From Gallionellaceae bacterium (lineage in GTDB: Bacteria; Pseudomonadota; Gammaproteobacteria; Burkholderiales; Gallionellaceae), in NCBI GenBank assembly GCA_009885195.1, contig VFLG01000004.1:33973-97972 (forward strand): a stretch of DNA of 64,000 bases, read 5' to 3'. Both the position numbers and the translations under genes were made by a program. A model generated the notes under the pieces. That model made no database searches. It saw only the letters and a list, made by a program, of their open reading frames with translations, and was not told the DNA's origin. Every line of letters begins with the position of its first letter. The first letter of the stretch is position 1. Shown here piece by piece: positions 43,007 to 53,504 of this stretch.

Positions 43007-44177
43007 GATGAGACAAGACAAATTTATTTGGGCAAGCAAAGTATTTTTTTCGGCCTTGTTTGTATCGGCACTGCTTACCGCGTGTGGACAGGGCGACACT
43101 CAGAAAAAACCAGAAGCGAGTGCTGCCCCTCCGCCGCCAGAGGTTGACGTGGTGACTGCCACACCGGGCTCGGGAGTGCTGACCCAAGACCTGCCCGGAC
43201 GCCTGCAGGCTTATCGAACGGCTGAGGTGAGAGCCAGAGTGGAAGGCATTGTTGAAAAGCGGCTGTTCACCGAGGGCAGTGAAGTTAAAGAGGGTGATGC
43301 GCTGTATCAGATATATTCCGCTAACTACCAGACTGCCTTTGATGCCGCCCAGTCCGAGCTGGCAAATGCCAGGCAGACATTGACCCGCTACCAGTCACTG
43401 CTTGAATCCAAGGCGGTCAGCCAGCAGGGATACGATCTGGTCGAGGCCAAGGTGAAGCAGGCCGATGCAGTATTCTCCAAGGCGCAGGAAGATTTGAAAA
43501 ACACCCGTGTGCCGGCACCCATTGCTGGGCGCATCGGGCGCTCTAAAGTCAGCGAAGGCGCGCTGGTGGGTCGTAGTGAGGCCACGCACTTGGCCACCAT
43601 AGAACAAATCGACCCCCTCTACGCAAATTTTAATCAGTCCGGTGCTGATCTCTTGCGTCTCAAGCAGGCGATCAAAGCGGGCAAGTTGAAACGCAGCAGA
43701 TCGACCAGGGTCGAACTTGTTCTCGAAGACGGCAGCATCTACCCGCAGCCCGGAGAACTGCTGTTCGCCGATCTAGCGGTTGATCCCGGCACCGGCAGCG
43801 TTTCCCTGCGCGCGGTATTTCCCAACCCGCAACGCGAATTGCTGCCCGGTATGTTTGTCAGTGTTCGTCTGCCACAGGCCGACGTTGACAACACCATACG
43901 ACTCCCGCAGCGTGCAATTCAGGCAACTCCCCAGGGGCAAATGGTGATGGTGGTGGATGCGCAGGGAAAGGTGACACCGCGACCGGTCAAGACCGGCAGC
44001 ATGGCAGGGAGTGATTTTATTATCACTGAGGGTTTGCAAGGCGGCGAGCGGGTGATCGTCAATGGGCTGCAAAAAGCACGTCCGGGCAGCGTGGTGAAAG
44101 CGGTGCCATTGTCAGAGGACAGAAGACAGAAGACAGGGGACAGTACAACTCCGCCCAAGGCGAACAGCAACCTGTAA
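43007..44177 (+). CDS. RND efflux periplasmic adaptor (AcrA/MexA-like lipoprotein)
   Basis: Lipobox LLTAC; AEVRARVEGI, APIAGRIG and VDPGTG...LLPGMFV motifs. Start approximate (ORF frame begins at 43002). Confidence 0.9.
44113..44143 (+). repeat. CAGARGA heptamer array in-frame in the adaptor C-terminus
   Basis: cagagga cagaaga cagaaga cagggga cag, translated as SEDRRQKTGDS. Confidence 0.75.
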
Positions 44178-44187
44178 GGATTACATC

Positions 44188-47100
44188 ATGTTCGCAAAAT
44201 TCTTTATCGACCGCCCGATCTTTGCCTGGGTTATCGCCCTGGTCATCCTGCTGGGTGGCGGATTGGCACTGCGCAGCTTGCCGGTCACATCTTATCCGGC
44301 AGTGGCGCCACCGGCTCTGGCTATCACGGTCAATTATTCTGGTGCCTCCGCCCAAGTGGTCGAGGAAACCGCGATCGCCTTGATTGAGCAGGAACTGAAC
44401 GGTATCGAGCACCTGCTTTATATGGATTCATCCGCCGAGCTGGGGCGCGGCACCATCACGCTGACTTTCGAGTCTGGCACTAATCTGGATATGGCCTCGG
44501 TCGAAACGCAGAACCGCATCAAGCGCGTCGAGGCGCGCCTGCCAGAAGATGTTCGCCGGCTGGGCGTGTCCGTGGCCAAATCGGCGCGCAATTATTTGAT
44601 GTTCGTGACACTGGTCTCGCCGGACAAAAGCCGCGATAACGTGGCGCTCGGCAGCTATGCGGCGGCCAACGTGCTGGAAAGCATACGCCGTGTGCCGGGC
44701 GTGGGCGAAGGGATACTGTTCGGCACCGAATATGCCATGCAGATCTGGCTCAAGCCAGAGCGGCTGTACGCGTTTAACCTGACACCGGGTGATGTTGCGC
44801 GGGCGGTGCGCGCGCAAAACACGCAACTGGCCACGGGCGAGTTGGGACAGTTGCCGGCACTGAGCGGCCAGCAGTTGAATGCAGTTATTGTGACCAAAGG
44901 CAGGTTGTCCACGCCCGAGGAATTCGGCAATGTTATTGTGCGCGCCAACCCGGATGGTTCTACGGTACGCGTGAAAGACGTGGCCCGGGTCGAGCTGGGG
45001 GCGCAGGATTATTCGGTGGCCGCACGCCTCGATGGTCAGCCGGCCTCGGCCATTGCCATTCGTTTGGCGCCCGGCGCCAATGCGCTGGACACGGCCAGGG
45101 CGGTCAAGGCCAAAATGACCGAGCTGGCCAAGTTTTTCCCCAAAGGCATCGATTGGGTCGTGCCTTATGATACTTCCCGCTTTGTTGAAATATCCATCCG
45201 TGAGGTGGTGAAGACCCTGGCCGAGGCGATGGTGCTGGTGTTTCTGGTTATGTACCTGTTCCTGGGAAATCTCCGCGCCACCCTCATCCCCACTATTGTT
45301 GTGCCGGTTTCCCTGATCGGAGCCACCTTGGGACTGTACGTGATCGGTTACTCGATCAACACGCTGACCCTGTTTGCCATGGTATTGGCCATCGGCATCG
45401 TGGTGGATGATGCCATTGTGGTCGTGGAAAATGTCGAGCGCATCATGACCGAAGAAAGGCTGGCGCCGCGCGCCGCCACGCGCAAGGCCATGGGGCAGAT
45501 TATCAATGCCATTATCGCCATCACGCTGGTGCTGATTGCGGTATTCATCCCGATGGCATTCTTCAGCGGCTCGGTCGGAGCGATTTATCGCCAGTTTTCA
45601 GTCACGCTGATCCTGACCATATCCTTCTCATTGCTGATGGCGTTGACCTTGACGCCAGCGCTGTGCGCCACGCTGCTGAAACATACGCCGGGACAGAGTG
45701 TCATGCCCAGCACTGGATTGCTCGGTTGGTTTAACCGTTTTTTCAGCCGCACGACGCAGCGCTACAAATCGGGTGTGGGTCACGTCATCGGCAAGACCGG
45801 GCGCTATCTCATCATCTACGCCGTTATCCTGGTGGCGGTGGTGGGCTTGTTTTCGCGCTTGCCGACCAGTTTTTTGCCGGAGGAAGACCAGGGCTATTTT
45901 ATCAGCGTGATTCAGTTGCCCGCAGGCGCCACGCGCGAACGCACGCTGGAGGTTCTTTCCCAGGTAGAACAGTTTTATCTCAAGCAGGCCGAGGTGGAGC
46001 ATGTCATCGGCGTGGCAGGTTTCTCTTTCTTTGGCCGGGGTCAGAACGCGGCCATCGCTTTCATTCGGCTTAAGGACTGGGATGAGCGCCCCAAGCCGGA
46101 AAATTCCGCGAGTGCCGTGGTTCAACGCGCCAACATGACTTTGTTCCGCATCAAGCAAGCCATGATTTTCTCGATCAACGTGCCACCCATTCCAGAGTTG
46201 GCGGCGGTCGGCGGGTTTGATTTTCGCTTACAGGATCGTTCCGGTCAGGGGCGCGAAAAATTGCTTGAAGCGCGCAACATGGCGTTGGGCATGGCCAGCC
46301 AGAACCCGGCATTGGCCGGTGTGCGTCCGGAAGGACAAGAGGCAGGACCACAACTGCTGCTGGACATTAATCGCTTGAAAGCGCGTGCATTGGGAATTGA
46401 TCTGGCGGAGTTGAATGAAACCCTGCAATCCGCGCTCGGTGTTGCCTACATTAACGACTTTGTGCGCGAGGGGCGCATCCTGCGAGTGCAAATGCAGGCG
46501 GAGGCCAGCACGCGCGCAACGCCCGAAAATATATTACGCCTGCCGGTACGCAATGCTCAGGGCGCAATGATGCCCCTATCCGAAATTGCCACGGCGCGCT
46601 GGGTGGCCGGATCGCCCAAGCTGGATCGCTATAATAGCCTACCTTCGATGAAAATTTCCGGCAGCCCCGCTCCCAGCCGCAGCAGCGGCGAGGCATTGGC
46701 GGCGATGGAGCAAGTGGCCGCGCAATTGCCGCCGGGTTTCGGTTTTGAATGGTCGGGAACCTCATATGAGGAACGCCTGTCCGGCAGCCAGGCGGGGTTG
46801 CTTTTTGGCCTGTCTTTGATCGCCGTTTTATTGTGCCTGGCAGCGCTTTACGAGAGCTGGTCCATTCCATTAGCAGTGTTGCTGGTGGTGCCTATCGGTA
46901 TTCTGGGTGCATTGCTGGCGGTGACCGTGCGCGGCCTGCCAAACGACGTTTATTTCAAAGTGGGGCTGATCGTGATCATTGGTCTGTCGTCCAAAAATGC
47001 GATTCTGATTATTGAATTCGCGCGCGATCTGCAAGAACGCGGCCTCGGCTTGATTGATGCGACAGTGGAAGCCAGCCGTCTGAGATTCCGTCCGATATTG

Positions 47101-47313
47101 ATGACCTCGATTGCCTTTATGTTAGGCGTATTGCCCCTGGCCATATCCACCGGCGCGGGGGCGAACGGCCGCATTGCGATAGGCACCGGGGTCATCGGCG
47201 GAATGATGGCCGCTACCGTGCTGGCCGTGTTCCTGGTGCCGGTATTTTTCGTGGTCATCCGCCGTATTTTCCCCGGCCATGCTCGCCGACATCAGGAAGA
47301 TGATCATGCGTGA
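44188..47313 (+). CDS. HAE1 RND efflux transporter (AcrB/MexB-like)
   Basis: FFIDRPIFAWV, AIGIVVDDAIVVVENVER, KNAILIIEFA and RFRPILMTS motifs. Confidence 0.95.
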   Translation: MFAKFFIDRPIFAWVIALVILLGGGLALRSLPVTSYPAVAPPALAITVNYSGASAQVVEETAIALIEQELNGIEHLLYMDSSAELGRGTITLTFESGTNLDMASVETQNRIKRVEARLPEDVRRLGVSVAKSARNYLMFVTLVSPDKSRDNVALGSYAAANVLESIRRVPGVGEGILFGTEYAMQIWLKPERLYAFNLTPGDVARAVRAQNTQLATGELGQLPALSGQQLNAVIVTKGRLSTPEEFGNVIVRANPDGSTVRVKDVARVELGAQDYSVAARLDGQPASAIAIRLAPGANALDTARAVKAKMTELAKFFPKGIDWVVPYDTSRFVEISIREVVKTLAEAMVLVFLVMYLFLGNLRATLIPTIVVPVSLIGATLGLYVIGYSINTLTLFAMVLAIGIVVDDAIVVVENVERIMTEERLAPRAATRKAMGQIINAIIAITLVLIAVFIPMAFFSGSVGAIYRQFSVTLILTISFSLLMALTLTPALCATLLKHTPGQSVMPSTGLLGWFNRFFSRTTQRYKSGVGHVIGKTGRYLIIYAVILVAVVGLFSRLPTSFLPEEDQGYFISVIQLPAGATRERTLEVLSQVEQFYLKQAEVEHVIGVAGFSFFGRGQNAAIAFIRLKDWDERPKPENSASAVVQRANMTLFRIKQAMIFSINVPPIPELAAVGGFDFRLQDRSGQGREKLLEARNMALGMASQNPALAGVRPEGQEAGPQLLLDINRLKARALGIDLAELNETLQSALGVAYINDFVREGRILRVQMQAEASTRATPENILRLPVRNAQGAMMPLSEIATARWVAGSPKLDRYNSLPSMKISGSPAPSRSSGEALAAMEQVAAQLPPGFGFEWSGTSYEERLSGSQAGLLFGLSLIAVLLCLAALYESWSIPLAVLLVVPIGILGALLAVTVRGLPNDVYFKVGLIVIIGLSSKNAILIIEFARDLQERGLGLIDATVEASRLRFRPILMTSIAFMLGVLPLAISTGAGANGRIAIGTGVIGGMMAATVLAVFLVPVFFVVIRRIFPGHARRHQEDDHA

Positions 47314-47352
47314 TTCGAAGTTAATAATGGAATTTCTTTGCCTTGGGAGCGC

Positions 47353-48477
47353 ATGTTGAATCGCACACGTATTATTATTTTGAGTTTGATCGCTACCGCA
47401 GTTGTCTTGGTTGTGGTCAAGCTGGCCGGTCCCGGCCAAGCACAGATGGCAGAACAAGCCAAACCCGCTTTGACAGTGACTACTGTCACTCCCGCCATGC
47501 ACAACTGGCCGCAAATAATTACTGCGACGGGCAATGTGCAAGCATGGCAAGAAGCCATTGTTGGTGCGCAAGTGGCTGGGCTGCGTTTGGCTGAAGTTGA
47601 AGCCAATGTCGGAGATGCGGTGAAGAAGGGGCAGCAGCTGGCACGTTTTGAAGATGAAATGGTATTGAATGAATTAGACCAGCAGCATGCGGCGGTGGCG
47701 GAGGCGCGCGCGCGTGTGGCCGATGCTGAAGTAAAGGAAGCCAGTGCCAAGGCGCTCAGAGAAAAGGGCATGGTGAGCGAACAAGCGGCCATACAACAAT
47801 TGACGGCGGCACAAATAGCACGAGCCCAGCTGCAATCGGCGGAGGCGCGTCTTGAAGCGCAAAAATTAAGGCTGGGTTATACCCGTGTGCTGACGCCGGA
47901 TGATGGCGTGATCTCAGCCCGCACCGCAACGGTGGGCGCGGTCATGCAGTCGGGCAGTGAATTGTTTCGGCTCATTCGACAAGGCAAACTGGAATGGCGC
48001 GCAGAGTTGCCTGACAGCCAGTTGCAAAAAATCAGGATCGGGCAAAAAGTAATGCTCAATTCGGCGCAAGGTGATGCCGTTCCCGGGACGGTTCGAAGAA
48101 TCTCGCCTGTGGTGGATGCGCAATCGAGAAATGGCAGCGTGTATGTCGAATTGGCAATCTCTCCGGGCATCAAGGCGGGCATGTTCGCGCAAGGTGATTT
48201 TGATTTGGGCCGTACGGTTGCGCTGACGTTGCCACAGAGCGCGCTTGTGGTGCGCGATGGTTTTAATTATGTGTATCAGGTCGGTGCGGATAATCGCGTC
48301 ATGCAAATAAAAGTCGTGGCCGGAAGGCGAGTGGAAAATCGCATCGAGATTGTGGACGGCATTAAGGCTGATGCGCGCGTGGTGGCATCGGGCGCCGGAT
48401 TTTTGAATGATGGCGATTTGGTGCATGTGGTGAGCGCGGCTGCCCCCACTATTCCAGCCGGCGCCGCAAAAAAATAA
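47353..48477 (+). CDS. Second RND efflux periplasmic adaptor
   Basis: N-terminal TM; GNVQAWQEA, TPDDGVISAR and GMFAQG motifs. Start uncertain. Confidence 0.88.
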   Translation: MLNRTRIIILSLIATAVVLVVVKLAGPGQAQMAEQAKPALTVTTVTPAMHNWPQIITATGNVQAWQEAIVGAQVAGLRLAEVEANVGDAVKKGQQLARFEDEMVLNELDQQHAAVAEARARVADAEVKEASAKALREKGMVSEQAAIQQLTAAQIARAQLQSAEARLEAQKLRLGYTRVLTPDDGVISARTATVGAVMQSGSELFRLIRQGKLEWRAELPDSQLQKIRIGQKVMLNSAQGDAVPGTVRRISPVVDAQSRNGSVYVELAISPGIKAGMFAQGDFDLGRTVALTLPQSALVVRDGFNYVYQVGADNRVMQIKVVAGRRVENRIEIVDGIKADARVVASGAGFLNDGDLVHVVSAAAPTIPAGAAKK

Positions 48478-48488
48478 GCGGGAACGAG

Positions 48489-51400
48489 ATGAATATTTCC
48501 GCCTGGGCAATTAAAAACCCGATTCCCTCTATCTTGCTGTTTCTGATGTTGTGCCTAGTCGGCTTGATGAATTTTCGCGCGACGGGTGTGCAGGATTTCC
48601 CTGATATTGAATTACCTATAGTGACCGTCACGACCCGTCTGGAGGGAGCTTCTCCGATACAGATGGAAACCGAGGTAGTGCGCAAAATAGAGAATTCCAT
48701 GGTCAGCCTCGGCCAGGTAAAGCATATTCATTCCATTATCAGCGATGGGTCGGCCACAGTGACCGTCGAGTTCGATCTGGAAAAGGACACCAGCGAGGCT
48801 GTCAATGATGTGCGTGATGGCATCAGCCGCATCCGTGCTGACTTGCCTGGCGACCTCAAAGATCCGGTCATCTCCAAGGTGAATACATCGGGCAGACCCA
48901 TCCTGACCTATAGCGTTACGTCAAGCCAGCTGGATGAGCAGGATATCTCCTGGTTGGTCGATAACGACATTGCCAAAGCGATGCTGGCGGTAAAAGGTGT
49001 AGGCAAAGTGGCGCGCATAGGCGGGGTAGATCGTGAAATACGGGTCGAGATTGATCCGGCAAAGTTGTCGGCATTAAAAGTGACCGCAGCAGACATATCG
49101 CGCCAAATTAAGCGCGTGCAGCAAGAGTCATCGGGCGGACGGGGTGAGGTGAGCGGAGCCGAGCAATCCATGCGTACCTTGGGCACTGTTGCCAGCGCCG
49201 ATGAACTGGCTGCGATGAATATCGCGCTGGCCGACGGGCGGCGCTATCGCCTGGACCAATTGGCTACCGTGCGCGATACACGGGGTGAGTTGAGTTCAAT
49301 GGCGCTGGTGGATGGCAAGCCGGTGATCGCTTTTGAAATTACCCGCACCAAAGGCAGCAGTGAAATAACAGTGGCAAAAGCGGTGCGCGCGGCGGTGGAC
49401 AAACTGAACACAACGCATGGCAATCTGAAAATTGTCGAAGTGATAGATAGCGTGGCAGCGGTGCAGGAGAATTTTGATGGGTCCATGTTGTTGCTGTATG
49501 AAGGCGCAATCTTTGCGATATTAGTGGTGTGGTGGTTTTTGCGCGATGGCAGAGCCACGTTCGTGGTGGCTTCGGCCCTGCCCCTGTCGGTTATCCCCAC
49601 CTTCATCGGGATGCACTATTTCGGCTTTACCCTGAATACCGTGACCTTGCTGGCCTTGGCTCTGGTGGTGGGTATTTTGGTGGATGACGCCATTGTTGAA
49701 GTTGAAAATATCGTGCGTCACTTGCGCATGGGAAAGAGCCCCTATCAAGCCGCCATGGAAGCTACTGAAGAGATCGGCTTGGCGGTCGTGGCGACTACCT
49801 TTACCCTGGTTGCAGTATTTTTGCCGACCGCTTTTATGAGCGGCGTTCCCGGCAAGTTTTTCAAGGAATTCGGCTGGACGGCTGCGCTTGCCGTGATGGC
49901 GTCGCTGGTGGTGGCACGTTTGCTGACACCGTTGATGGCAGCCTATATGCTCAAGCCTATGGCCAAGCAAAAGGCCGACAGCAAATTGATGACACACTAT
50001 TTACGGTGGGTCGATTGGTGCCTCAATCATCGCGCGCTCACTTCGGCATTGGCATTGCTATTCTTTGTGGTATCGCTGATGTTTATTCCGTTGCTGCCCA
50101 AAGGGTTTGTTCCTGCACCTGACCGGGGGCAAACGCAGGTGACTATCGAATTGCCGCCAGGCAGCAAGCTTGTCGATACCGAGGCGGCGGCGGAAGCGGC
50201 ACGACGGATTATTGCCCAGGTTGAAGATGTAAAACATGTGTTTTCCGCAGTGGGCAGAGGGGCAAGCGGAGATCTTTTTTCTGCGGGCGGAGCAGCGAGT
50301 GTGGTTAAAGCAAACCTGACGGTAACGCTCACTCATCGCAGCAAGCGTCCGCGCAAACAACAGGAGATTGAAGCCGAGTTGCGTGAAAAACTGCAACAGT
50401 TGCCGGGTGTGCGCGTGTCAATAGGCACCGGCAATGCGGGTGAAAAGCTGATCTTGCTTTTGGGCGGCGACGATGCGGCTGTGCTTTCTGCTACCGCACG
50501 CGATGTGGAGCGTGATATGCGCACCATCAGAGGCTTGGGCAATGTGACCTCGAGTACGAGCTTGGTGCAGCCGGAGATTATCATTCGTCCCGATTTCGCA
50601 CGCATGGCTGACCTCGGCGTAACGGCTGCGAGCATAGGCGAAACCGTACGCGTGGCAACTGCAGGGGATTACAGTGCCGCTTTGGCCAAGCTTAACCTGC
50701 CGCAAAGACAAGTGCCGATCCGCGTGCTCATGCCGGAATCTGCGCGGCAGGATTTGGAAGTGCTATCACGCTTGCCTGTGCCCGGCAGGAACGGCAACGT
50801 CATGCTGGGTAACGTGGCGGATATTTCTATCGGCAGTGATGCCGCGCAGATTTACCGGCTCGACCGAAGCCGGGTGGTCACCATCAGCGTCGAACTGAAC
50901 GGACGTGAATTAGGCGATGTGTTTGCCGAGGTCAACAAGTTGCCGAGCATAATGTCCTTGCCGCCGGGAATCAAACGCGCCGAATCGGGCGATGCCGAAA
51001 GGATGCAGGAACTCTTTGGCAGCTTCGGCCTGGCCATGCTGACCGGAGTGATGTGCGTGTATATCGTGCTGGTGTTATTGTTCAGGGATTTTTTGCAGCC
51101 GGTGACCATCTTGTCGGCCTTACCGCTGTCCATGGGCGGGGCATTCGTCGCGTTGCTGATGACACACAGCAGCTTTTCGATGCCATCGCTTATCGGGCTC
51201 TTGATGCTGATGGGCATCGTGACCAAAAACTCAATCCTGCTAGTGGAATATGCCATCATGGCTCGCCGCGACCATGGCCTGAACCGGTTTGATGCCTTGC
51301 TGGACGCCTGTCATAAACGCGCCCGCCCGATCTTGATGACGACGATTGCCATGGGCGCAGGCATGTTGCCTATCGCCATGGGGTTTGGAGTTGATCCCAG

Positions 51401-51554
51401 TTTCCGTTCGCCGATGGCGATTGCGGTGATAGGGGGCTTGATCACTTCGACCTTGTTGAGCTTGCTGGTCGTCCCGGTGGTGTTCACCTATGTGGACGAT
51501 GTGCAGGTTAAAATCAAACAACTATTTTCCAAAGCGGGAAGCGTCGCGGGGTGA
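48489..51554 (+). CDS. Second RND efflux transporter (different subfamily from the first)
   Basis: SAWAIKNPIP, GILVDDAIVEVENI, TKNSILLVEY and RARPILMTT motifs. Confidence 0.94.
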   Translation: MNISAWAIKNPIPSILLFLMLCLVGLMNFRATGVQDFPDIELPIVTVTTRLEGASPIQMETEVVRKIENSMVSLGQVKHIHSIISDGSATVTVEFDLEKDTSEAVNDVRDGISRIRADLPGDLKDPVISKVNTSGRPILTYSVTSSQLDEQDISWLVDNDIAKAMLAVKGVGKVARIGGVDREIRVEIDPAKLSALKVTAADISRQIKRVQQESSGGRGEVSGAEQSMRTLGTVASADELAAMNIALADGRRYRLDQLATVRDTRGELSSMALVDGKPVIAFEITRTKGSSEITVAKAVRAAVDKLNTTHGNLKIVEVIDSVAAVQENFDGSMLLLYEGAIFAILVVWWFLRDGRATFVVASALPLSVIPTFIGMHYFGFTLNTVTLLALALVVGILVDDAIVEVENIVRHLRMGKSPYQAAMEATEEIGLAVVATTFTLVAVFLPTAFMSGVPGKFFKEFGWTAALAVMASLVVARLLTPLMAAYMLKPMAKQKADSKLMTHYLRWVDWCLNHRALTSALALLFFVVSLMFIPLLPKGFVPAPDRGQTQVTIELPPGSKLVDTEAAAEAARRIIAQVEDVKHVFSAVGRGASGDLFSAGGAASVVKANLTVTLTHRSKRPRKQQEIEAELREKLQQLPGVRVSIGTGNAGEKLILLLGGDDAAVLSATARDVERDMRTIRGLGNVTSSTSLVQPEIIIRPDFARMADLGVTAASIGETVRVATAGDYSAALAKLNLPQRQVPIRVLMPESARQDLEVLSRLPVPGRNGNVMLGNVADISIGSDAAQIYRLDRSRVVTISVELNGRELGDVFAEVNKLPSIMSLPPGIKRAESGDAERMQELFGSFGLAMLTGVMCVYIVLVLLFRDFLQPVTILSALPLSMGGAFVALLMTHSSFSMPSLIGLLMLMGIVTKNSILLVEYAIMARRDHGLNRFDALLDACHKRARPILMTTIAMGAGMLPIAMGFGVDPSFRSPMAIAVIGGLITSTLLSLLVVPVVFTYVDDVQVKIKQLFSKAGSVAG

Positions 51555-51623
51555 TAAGTGCGTATATTTTTTGAGGCGCTAAAAATATTATCCTAAAAAT
51601 CGCAGCTGGTGGGTTCGGATTAT

Positions 51624-52706
51624 TCATTCATGTTGCCGCTCAATCAGCATCGCATCACCATAACTGAAAAAGCGGTACTCCTGTTCCACCGCATGGCGAT
51701 AGGCTGCCAGCATTTCTTCCATGCCGCCGAAGGCGCAGATCAGCATCAGCAGGGTGGATTTGGGCAAGTGGAAATTGGTGAAAAGCGCATCCACTACCTT
51801 GAAGCGATAACCCGGCGTAATAAAGATGTCGGTTTCGCCTTCACCCGCGCATATGCCGCCAGCCTGTCCCCGCCAGGGGGAGGCCGACGGATGCCCGACG
51901 CCGCTGGCGTCACCCTCTCGCACTGCGGCACTTTCCAGTGCCCGCAAGCTGGTGGTTCCTACAGCGATAACTCGTCCGCCCCGCGCCCGTGCCTGGTGAA
52001 TGGCGTCCACGGTGGACTGGGAAATGGTATAGCGCTCGCTGTGCATGACATGTTCGTGAATATTTTCCGCACGGACCGGCTGGAATGTGCCCGCGCCGAT
52101 ATGCAGGGTGATGTACGCCAATTGCACACCCTGAGCGCGCAAAGCGGCGAACATGGCCTCGTCGAAATGCAGTCCTGCGGTGGGCGCGGCCACCGCGCCG
52201 GGTTGTCGGGCATACACGGTTTGATAACGCTCCTCATCCTCGGCATCGGCAGCATGGGTTATATAGGGTGGCAGCGGCAACTGCCCGTATTTTTCCAGCG
52301 CAGCAGACAAATTTTCTGCACCGTCGAAGCGCAAGCGGAAGAATTCTCCCTCACGCCCCAACACCGTGACCGGCAGATGGCCGGCCAGAATTAACCGGCT
52401 TCCGGTTGGGGGCGCATGGCTGGCGCGTACTTGTGCCAGCGCATGGCGATCATCGAGCAGGCGTTCAATCAATACCTCTATTTTTCCCCCGCTTTCCTTT
52501 ACGCCGAACAAGCGTGCTTTCAGTACGCGCGTGTCATTCAACACCAGCACGTCATGCTCCCGCAGCAGAGTTGGCAAATCGGCGAACATCAGGTCAACGC
52601 GCGCATTGCCGCAAACATGCAACAAGCGGCTGGCGCCGCGCCGCTCGGGGGGGTGTTGCGCAATCAAATGCCGGGGAAGAGCGAAGTCAAATTTATCGGT
52701 GCGCAT
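51624..52706 (-). CDS. queA: S-adenosylmethionine:tRNA ribosyltransferase-isomerase
   Basis: [38 protein letters not shown] and FFSYGDAM motifs; carries an unusual insert near the C-terminus. Confidence 0.96.
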   Translation of the reverse strand: MRTDKFDFALPRHLIAQHPPERRGASRLLHVCGNARVDLMFADLPTLLREHDVLVLNDTRVLKARLFGVKESGGKIEVLIERLLDDRHALAQVRASHAPPTGSRLILAGHLPVTVLGREGEFFRLRFDGAENLSAALEKYGQLPLPPYITHAADAEDEERYQTVYARQPGAVAAPTAGLHFDEAMFAALRAQGVQLAYITLHIGAGTFQPVRAENIHEHVMHSERYTISQSTVDAIHQARARGGRVIAVGTTSLRALESAAVREGDASGVGHPSASPWRGQAGGICAGEGETDIFITPGYRFKVVDALFTNFHLPKSTLLMLICAFGGMEEMLAAYRHAVEQEYRFFSYGDAMLIERQHE

Positions 52707-52712
52707 GGTTTT

Positions 52713-52861
52713 TATACATAACGACAGAAATCGTAGCGAGCGGGCCGGCATTGGGGGAGCCCGGAGCACAGGCACCGGAGTGTACACATAGTACATGAGG
52801 ATGCCGAGCACCGCGCGACCCCGATGCCGGTTCGCGCAGTAGATTTATGTCGCTATGTATA
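52713..52861. mobile_element. TA-flanked 149-bp ERIC/RPE-1-like palindromic element
   Basis: TIR tatacataacgacagaaatc/gatttatgtcgctatgtata; inner stem ccggcattgggg/ccccgatgccgg; apical caccggagtgtac-acata-gtacatgagga. Confidence 0.85.
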
Positions 52862-52926
52862 ACAAGGCCAAAATGGCGCATTGCAGCTTGATGCAGACGG
52901 TCGTTTCATGGATAATTCGCGGCTTG

Positions 52927-53013
52927 GCCGGGATGGCGGAATTGGTAGACGCGCTGGACTCAAAATCCAGTGTCTGTGAGGATGTGAGGGTTCGAGTCCC
53001 TCTCCCGGCACCA
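52927..53013 (+). tRNA. tRNA-Leu(CAA)
   Basis: GCCGGGA/TCCCGGC acceptor stem plus ACCA, D-loop GGAATTGGTAGAC, anticodon stem CTGGA/TCCAG with loop CTCAAAA, long variable arm, GGTTCGAGTCC T-arm. Confidence 0.96.
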
Positions 53014-53135
53014 TAAAAACGAACAGGGAGCTTGCCTGGCAGTTGTCAACCAATGAAAAGTTAGCACGTTATCACTCTCGGCACTAGGTGGTGCCATAGA
53101 CGCTATAACCTAATAACTAACAATTGGAGGATAAA

Positions 53136-53411
53136 ATGAAATTGCTGCCCACACTGATCGCTGCTGTATTCGCTGCTGCTTCTTTCTCGGCTGTTGCTGC
53201 TGACGCTGTTATGGCTCCTGCCAAAGCCGCTGCTCCCGCCAAGACTGAAGCCGCTGCCCCGAAAAAATTGACCGCACAGCAAGCAAAAATGAAGTTCTGC
53301 AACAAGGATGCCAAAGAAAAAACCCTCAAGGGGGATGAACGCAAGGCATTCATGAAAGCTTGCCTGAAAAAGGATAGTGCGGCTAGTGCAGCTCTGGCTC
53401 CAGCTGCCTAG
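53136..53411 (+). CDS. PsiF-like small periplasmic protein
   Basis: Signal peptide plus TAQQAKMKFCNKDA..KTLKGDERKAFMKACL (PsiF repeat); GGAGG RBS. Confidence 0.85.
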   Translation: MKLLPTLIAAVFAAASFSAVAADAVMAPAKAAAPAKTEAAAPKKLTAQQAKMKFCNKDAKEKTLKGDERKAFMKACLKKDSAASAALAPAA

Positions 53412-53444
53412 TAATTTGGTGTAACCCAGTAGTTTTGGGTTTTT

Positions 53445-53474
53445 GGAAAAGGCGGGGGCAACCCTGCCTTTTCC
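53445..53474 (+). terminator. Intrinsic terminator after the psiF-like gene
   Basis: ggaaaaggcggg-ggca-accctgccttttcc stem-loop. Confidence 0.7.
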
Positions 53475-53504
53475 ATTTCCCTCGATTTTTCATTTACTCA
53501 TAAA

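Noticed and set aside
52707-52811. N-terminal extensions of QueA, and likewise MnmA (53649), the LysM protein (61282), GluQ (36378), AccD (6746) and TrpF (4047), in the ORF track
   Set aside because: They run through repeat elements; family-like sequence begins at downstream ATGs.
52927-53135. tRNA-Leu as an integration site for a prophage or island
   Set aside because: No integrase nearby and no duplicated tRNA 3' end seen in the window.
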